From positions 14,880,001 through 14,944,000 of the forward strand of contig NC_043005.1 of NCBI RefSeq assembly GCF_006345805.1: DNA of 64,000 nt, in the 5' to 3' direction. The notes under the pieces are model-generated. The model was not told the DNA's origin, did no database searches, and worked only from the letters and a program-made list of their open reading frames with translations. This DNA is from Octopus sinensis (lineage: Eukaryota). This document shows positions 60,030 to 64,000 of the stretch, one piece after another (the first letter of the stretch is position 1; the number at the start of each line of letters is the position of its first letter). The position numbers and the translations under genes were made by a program.

Positions 60030-60375
60030 ATGGTCTTGAGTTCAGTCTCACTGTGTGTCACCTTGGGCAAGTGTCTTCTACTATAACCCCAGGCTCAGCA
60101 AAAGCCTTGTTAGTGAATTGGTAGATAGAAACTGAAAGAAGCCTGTTGTGTATGTGTACTTGACTTGGCATCATGTGATGGTTGTAAATGAGCATCACTG
60201 TCATACAAGCGACACTGTTTCTTTCCTGTCTTCCATGAAAATCATATCTGGCCATGGGGAAATATCACCTTGCTTGGAAATAGGTGGGGGTCAGTGACAA
60301 GAAAGGTATTTGGCTATAGAAGACCTGCCTCAACAAGCTCTGATTTATGCAAGCATAGAAAAGTGGACATTAACC
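60030..60375 (+). mobile_element. SINE B head/CORE joined to a different, RTE-like tail (subfamily B2)
   Basis: Head as in family B; the tail has GTGACAAGAAAGGTATTTGGC..GCAAGCATAGAAAAGTGGACATTAA, similar to the RTE 3' end. Related degenerate copies at about 6905-7165, 37100-37490, 40250-40580 and 47300-47500. Confidence 0.65.
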
Positions 60376-60825
60376 AATAATTATTTCTACTCCAGGCAGA
60401 AGGCCTTGAAAATTTTTTGGTGGGGAAGGGGGCTAGTTGATTACATCGTTCCCAGTGTGTGATTGATGCTTATTTCATCAACCCTGAAAGGGTGAAAGGT
60501 AAAGTCAACCTTGGTGGAATTTGAACACAGAATGTAGCAGCAGACAAAATACCACTAAGCATTTTGCCCGACTTGCTAACAATTCTGCTACCTTGCTGCC
60601 TTGATATTAACCAATAATAACATCATTCTATTAATGTAATAAATTTCCTTTGGAATCTGGCCTATCATTTAATCCTTGTCTTATTATTTGTCATTTGTAT
60701 ATTCCATTGAATGGATCTAGAGATGCCAGTGGTTGTTGGAAAGTGATGACGGTTTCCTTTGTTTGTTTTTGAAGTACTGAGATTTGGTTTGGCATCTGTA
60801 TGCTCTATATCTATATGCATGTGTA

Positions 60826-61146
60826 TCTATCTATTTATCTGTCTGTCTCTCTCTCTATCTATCTCTTTCTCTCTCTATCTATCTCTTTATCTGTCTATCT
60901 ATTTATCTCTCTATTTATCTCCCTATCTCTCTCTCTCTCTATCTTTTTCTCTATCTCTTTCTCTCTCTATCTATCTCTTTATCTATCTGTCTATCTATCT
61001 TTTTCTCTCTCTCTCTATCTTTTTCTCTCTCTCTCTATCTTTTTCTCTCTCTATCTATCTCTTTCTCTCTCTATCTATCTCTTTCTCTCTCTATCTATCT
61101 CTTTATTTATCTGTCTATCTATCTTTATCTCTATTTATCTCCCTCT
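60826..61146 (+). repeat. Mosaic (CT)n/(ATCT)n pyrimidine-rich tract followed by (GT)n/(AT)n/(AC)n
   Basis: Read directly; source of the ORFs at 60759-61329. Confidence 0.95.
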
Positions 61147-61215
61147 CTCTCTTTCTCTATCTCAATCTGTGTGTGTGTGTGTGTGTGTATACACACACAC
61201 ATGTTTGTGTGTGTA

Positions 61216-61266
<51 letters not shown>

Positions 61267-64000
61267 CTATATGTTGATGGACTATGTGTAGTCATATGTG
61301 TCTATGTATGTGTGAACGGCTATTTGTAGTGTGTATATATTTGTCCATATATATTTTGAAGGGATTGCTTGTTTATCAGAATACAAAGGAGTATACTACT
61401 TATTGCTTCATTCTGTTATTGCTCTAATTACTGGTATACAAAGATTAATCAAGTTCCATCTTGATTAGTGAACCTTGAGTATTCTAAGACTGGACATTGA
61501 TTAGAAATACATCCTTCAATCAAATGGCATTGTTATCCTTTAACAATAACTGAAAGATTATTTTCAGCTTTTGTGTGTGTATATATATGTTGGGTATTTG
61601 TTCATGAATGCGCTTGTGTGTATGTATATGTGTGAATATTTGTATTGCATACTCTCAGATAAGTGAAAGTATTTATGTGTCTCTCACATAAGTATACTTG
61701 TCTCCACGATAGGAAGTGTTCAATGAGTGCACATGCTCCCACACAGTTTTGCCAGTCTTATAAACCTATATTTCAACAATGAATGGCTATAATAGAAAAA
61801 AACTTTGTGTGTTAAATGTGATATTTACTTCCCAGCCTCTCTTCTCAGTGAATTACATTAAGTTTGATTACTCTCTCTCTCTCTCTCTCTCCTTTTGTCT
61901 TTTCCCTCTCCCCTTACCACCAGTGCAAAACTATTACAGCTGGTAATAATAGTAATACTAGTCTGTCAGTTGACAAGTTGTGCTCTTTATCTTTTTATCT
62001 CAAATCAGTGTCTACCTATATATATTTCACATAGAAGCCTGTCATATATATATATATATATATATATATATTTCCTGGCACGTAAAAAGCACCATCCATT
62101 CGTGGCCGTTGCCAGCCTCGCCTGGCCCTTGTGCCGGTGGCACATTAAAAGCACCATCCGATCGTGGCCGTTTGCCAGACTCGTCTGGCACCTGTGCCAC
62201 GTAAAAAGCACCCACAACACTCATGGAGTGGTTGGCATTAGGAAGGGCATCCAGCCGTAGAAACATTGCCAGATCAGACTGGGCCTGGTGCAACCTTCTG
62301 GCTTCCCAGACCCCAGTTGAACCGTCCAACTCATGCTAGCATGGAAAGCGGACGCTAAACGATGATGATGATGATATATATATATATAAATATTTAGCAG
62401 AAGTAACAGAGTGACTCTAGGTCTGAGAGTTTTGTGCATTCAGTGCATGTAGCTCTTGGACCATGAGTCTCTCTGTTACTTCTGCTAAATATTAATAAAG
62501 GCACGTAAAAAGCACCATTTCAGCATGGTCAATACCAGTGCCACCTGACTGTCTCCTGTGCTGGTGACACATAAAAAGCACCATTTGAGCATGGTCAATA
62601 CCAGTGCTACCTGACTGTCTCCTGTGCTGGTGACACATAAAAAGCACCATTTGAGCATGGTCGTTGCCAGTGCTGCCTGACTGGCCCCTGTGCCAGTGGC
62701 ACATAAGTACCCACTACACTCTTGGAACGGTTGGCATTAGGAAGGGCATCCAGCTGTAGAAACCTTTCCTGGACAGATTGAGGTCTGGCGCAGTCTCCTG
62801 GCTTACCAGTCCTTAGTCAAACCGTCCAATATATGCCAGTACTGAAGGCGGACATTAAAAGCTGATGATGTATACTCATATTTTGAGTTCTATTTTTTGT
62901 GTTTGCAAAATATATATATATATATATATATGAAATACAAAATGGGACAAGAACCAAAACATCCAGAAGATGATACAAAAAAATGAAAAAAATATATGTT
63001 TATATGTTATACTTTTACTTTCTTATATTCTATTATTTTTTTCAGTCATTTGACTGTGGCCATGCTGGAGCAACACCTTTAGTTGACCAAATTAGCCCCA
63101 GGACATATTTTTTGTAAGCCTAGTACCTATTCTATCAGTCTCTTTTACTGAATTGCTAAATTACGGGGATGTAAACACACCAGCATTGGTTGTCAAGTGA
63201 TGTTGCGGGGGCATAAACACACACACACACATAAATATATATATATGTATATATATATACACACACACATGATGGGCTTCTTTCAGTTTCCATCTACCAA
63301 ATCCACTCAAAAGGCTTTGGTCGGCCCGAGGCTATAGTAGAAGACAATTGCTCAAGGTGCCACTCAGTGGGACGTAACCTGGAACCATGTGGTTGGTAAG
63401 CAAGCTACTTACCACACAGCCATGTATATATTTTTTTGAGGTTGAATGCAAATTCGTCCTTTAATTGATGTAATTTCCAATGATTTCTAATGTTGTTTCT
63501 TCATACATTACTTTTGAATTTACTAGTTTAAATTAGTGTAGATATAAAAACTGATATAGAAATATTAAGTTTATGATTTACATGTATATATAACGTTTAC
63601 ATAAATATGAATGAATTTGTTGAACTGTGTTTAATAAGTTATCTATATATATATATATATCATCATCATCATCATCGTCGTTTAACGTCCGTTCTCCATG
63701 CTAGCATGGGTTGGACGGTTCGACCGGGGTTCTGGGAAGCCAGAAGGCTGCACCAGGCTCCAGTCTAATTTGGCAATGTTTCTACAGCTGGATGCCCTTC
63801 CTAACGCCAACCACTCCGTGAGTGTAGTGGGTGCTTTTTACGTGCCACCTGCACAGGTGCCAGGCGGGGCTGGCAACGGCCACGGTCAGATTGGTGTATT
63901 TTATGTGCCACCGGCACGGAAGCCAGACGGGCGGTGCTGGCATCGGCCACGAGTTGGATAGTGCTTTTTACGTACCAGTGCTTTTTACGTACCACCAGAC

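Overview
AT-rich, repeat-dense animal genomic DNA. The repeat landscape and gene structure suggest an octopod cephalopod (inference). Two spliced + strand genes were reconstructed by hand. (1) SIRT7: nine exons at 1668-14090, with exon 1 apparently upstream of the window. The catalytic motifs are intact, but the terminal exon is greatly enlarged by about 340 extra residues that include two (D/E)HxY motifs. (2) A CCDC14-like coiled-coil gene: about eight exons from 24508 to 53813, continuing past the window. Its 5' exons, including a 13-nt microexon, are inferred from frame and splice signals only. Inside a phase-2 intron of CCDC14 lies an uninterrupted, phase 2-2 orphan exon of a USP26/29/37-type deubiquitinase (48402-48719) that could be spliced in frame into CCDC14; this is the most striking observation. 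The rest is mobile DNA and simple repeats: RTE LINE fragments with a hairpin-rich tandem-repeat 3' UTR, three tRNA-derived SINE families, CR1 tails, a Dong/R4 3' end in (TAA)n, mariner remnants, several MITEs (one with GG termini and an 8-bp TSD), HINE-like elements, long hairpins and microsatellites. Most ORFs in the supplied track are microsatellite or repeat artefacts. No databases were searched; family assignments rest on recalled motifs.
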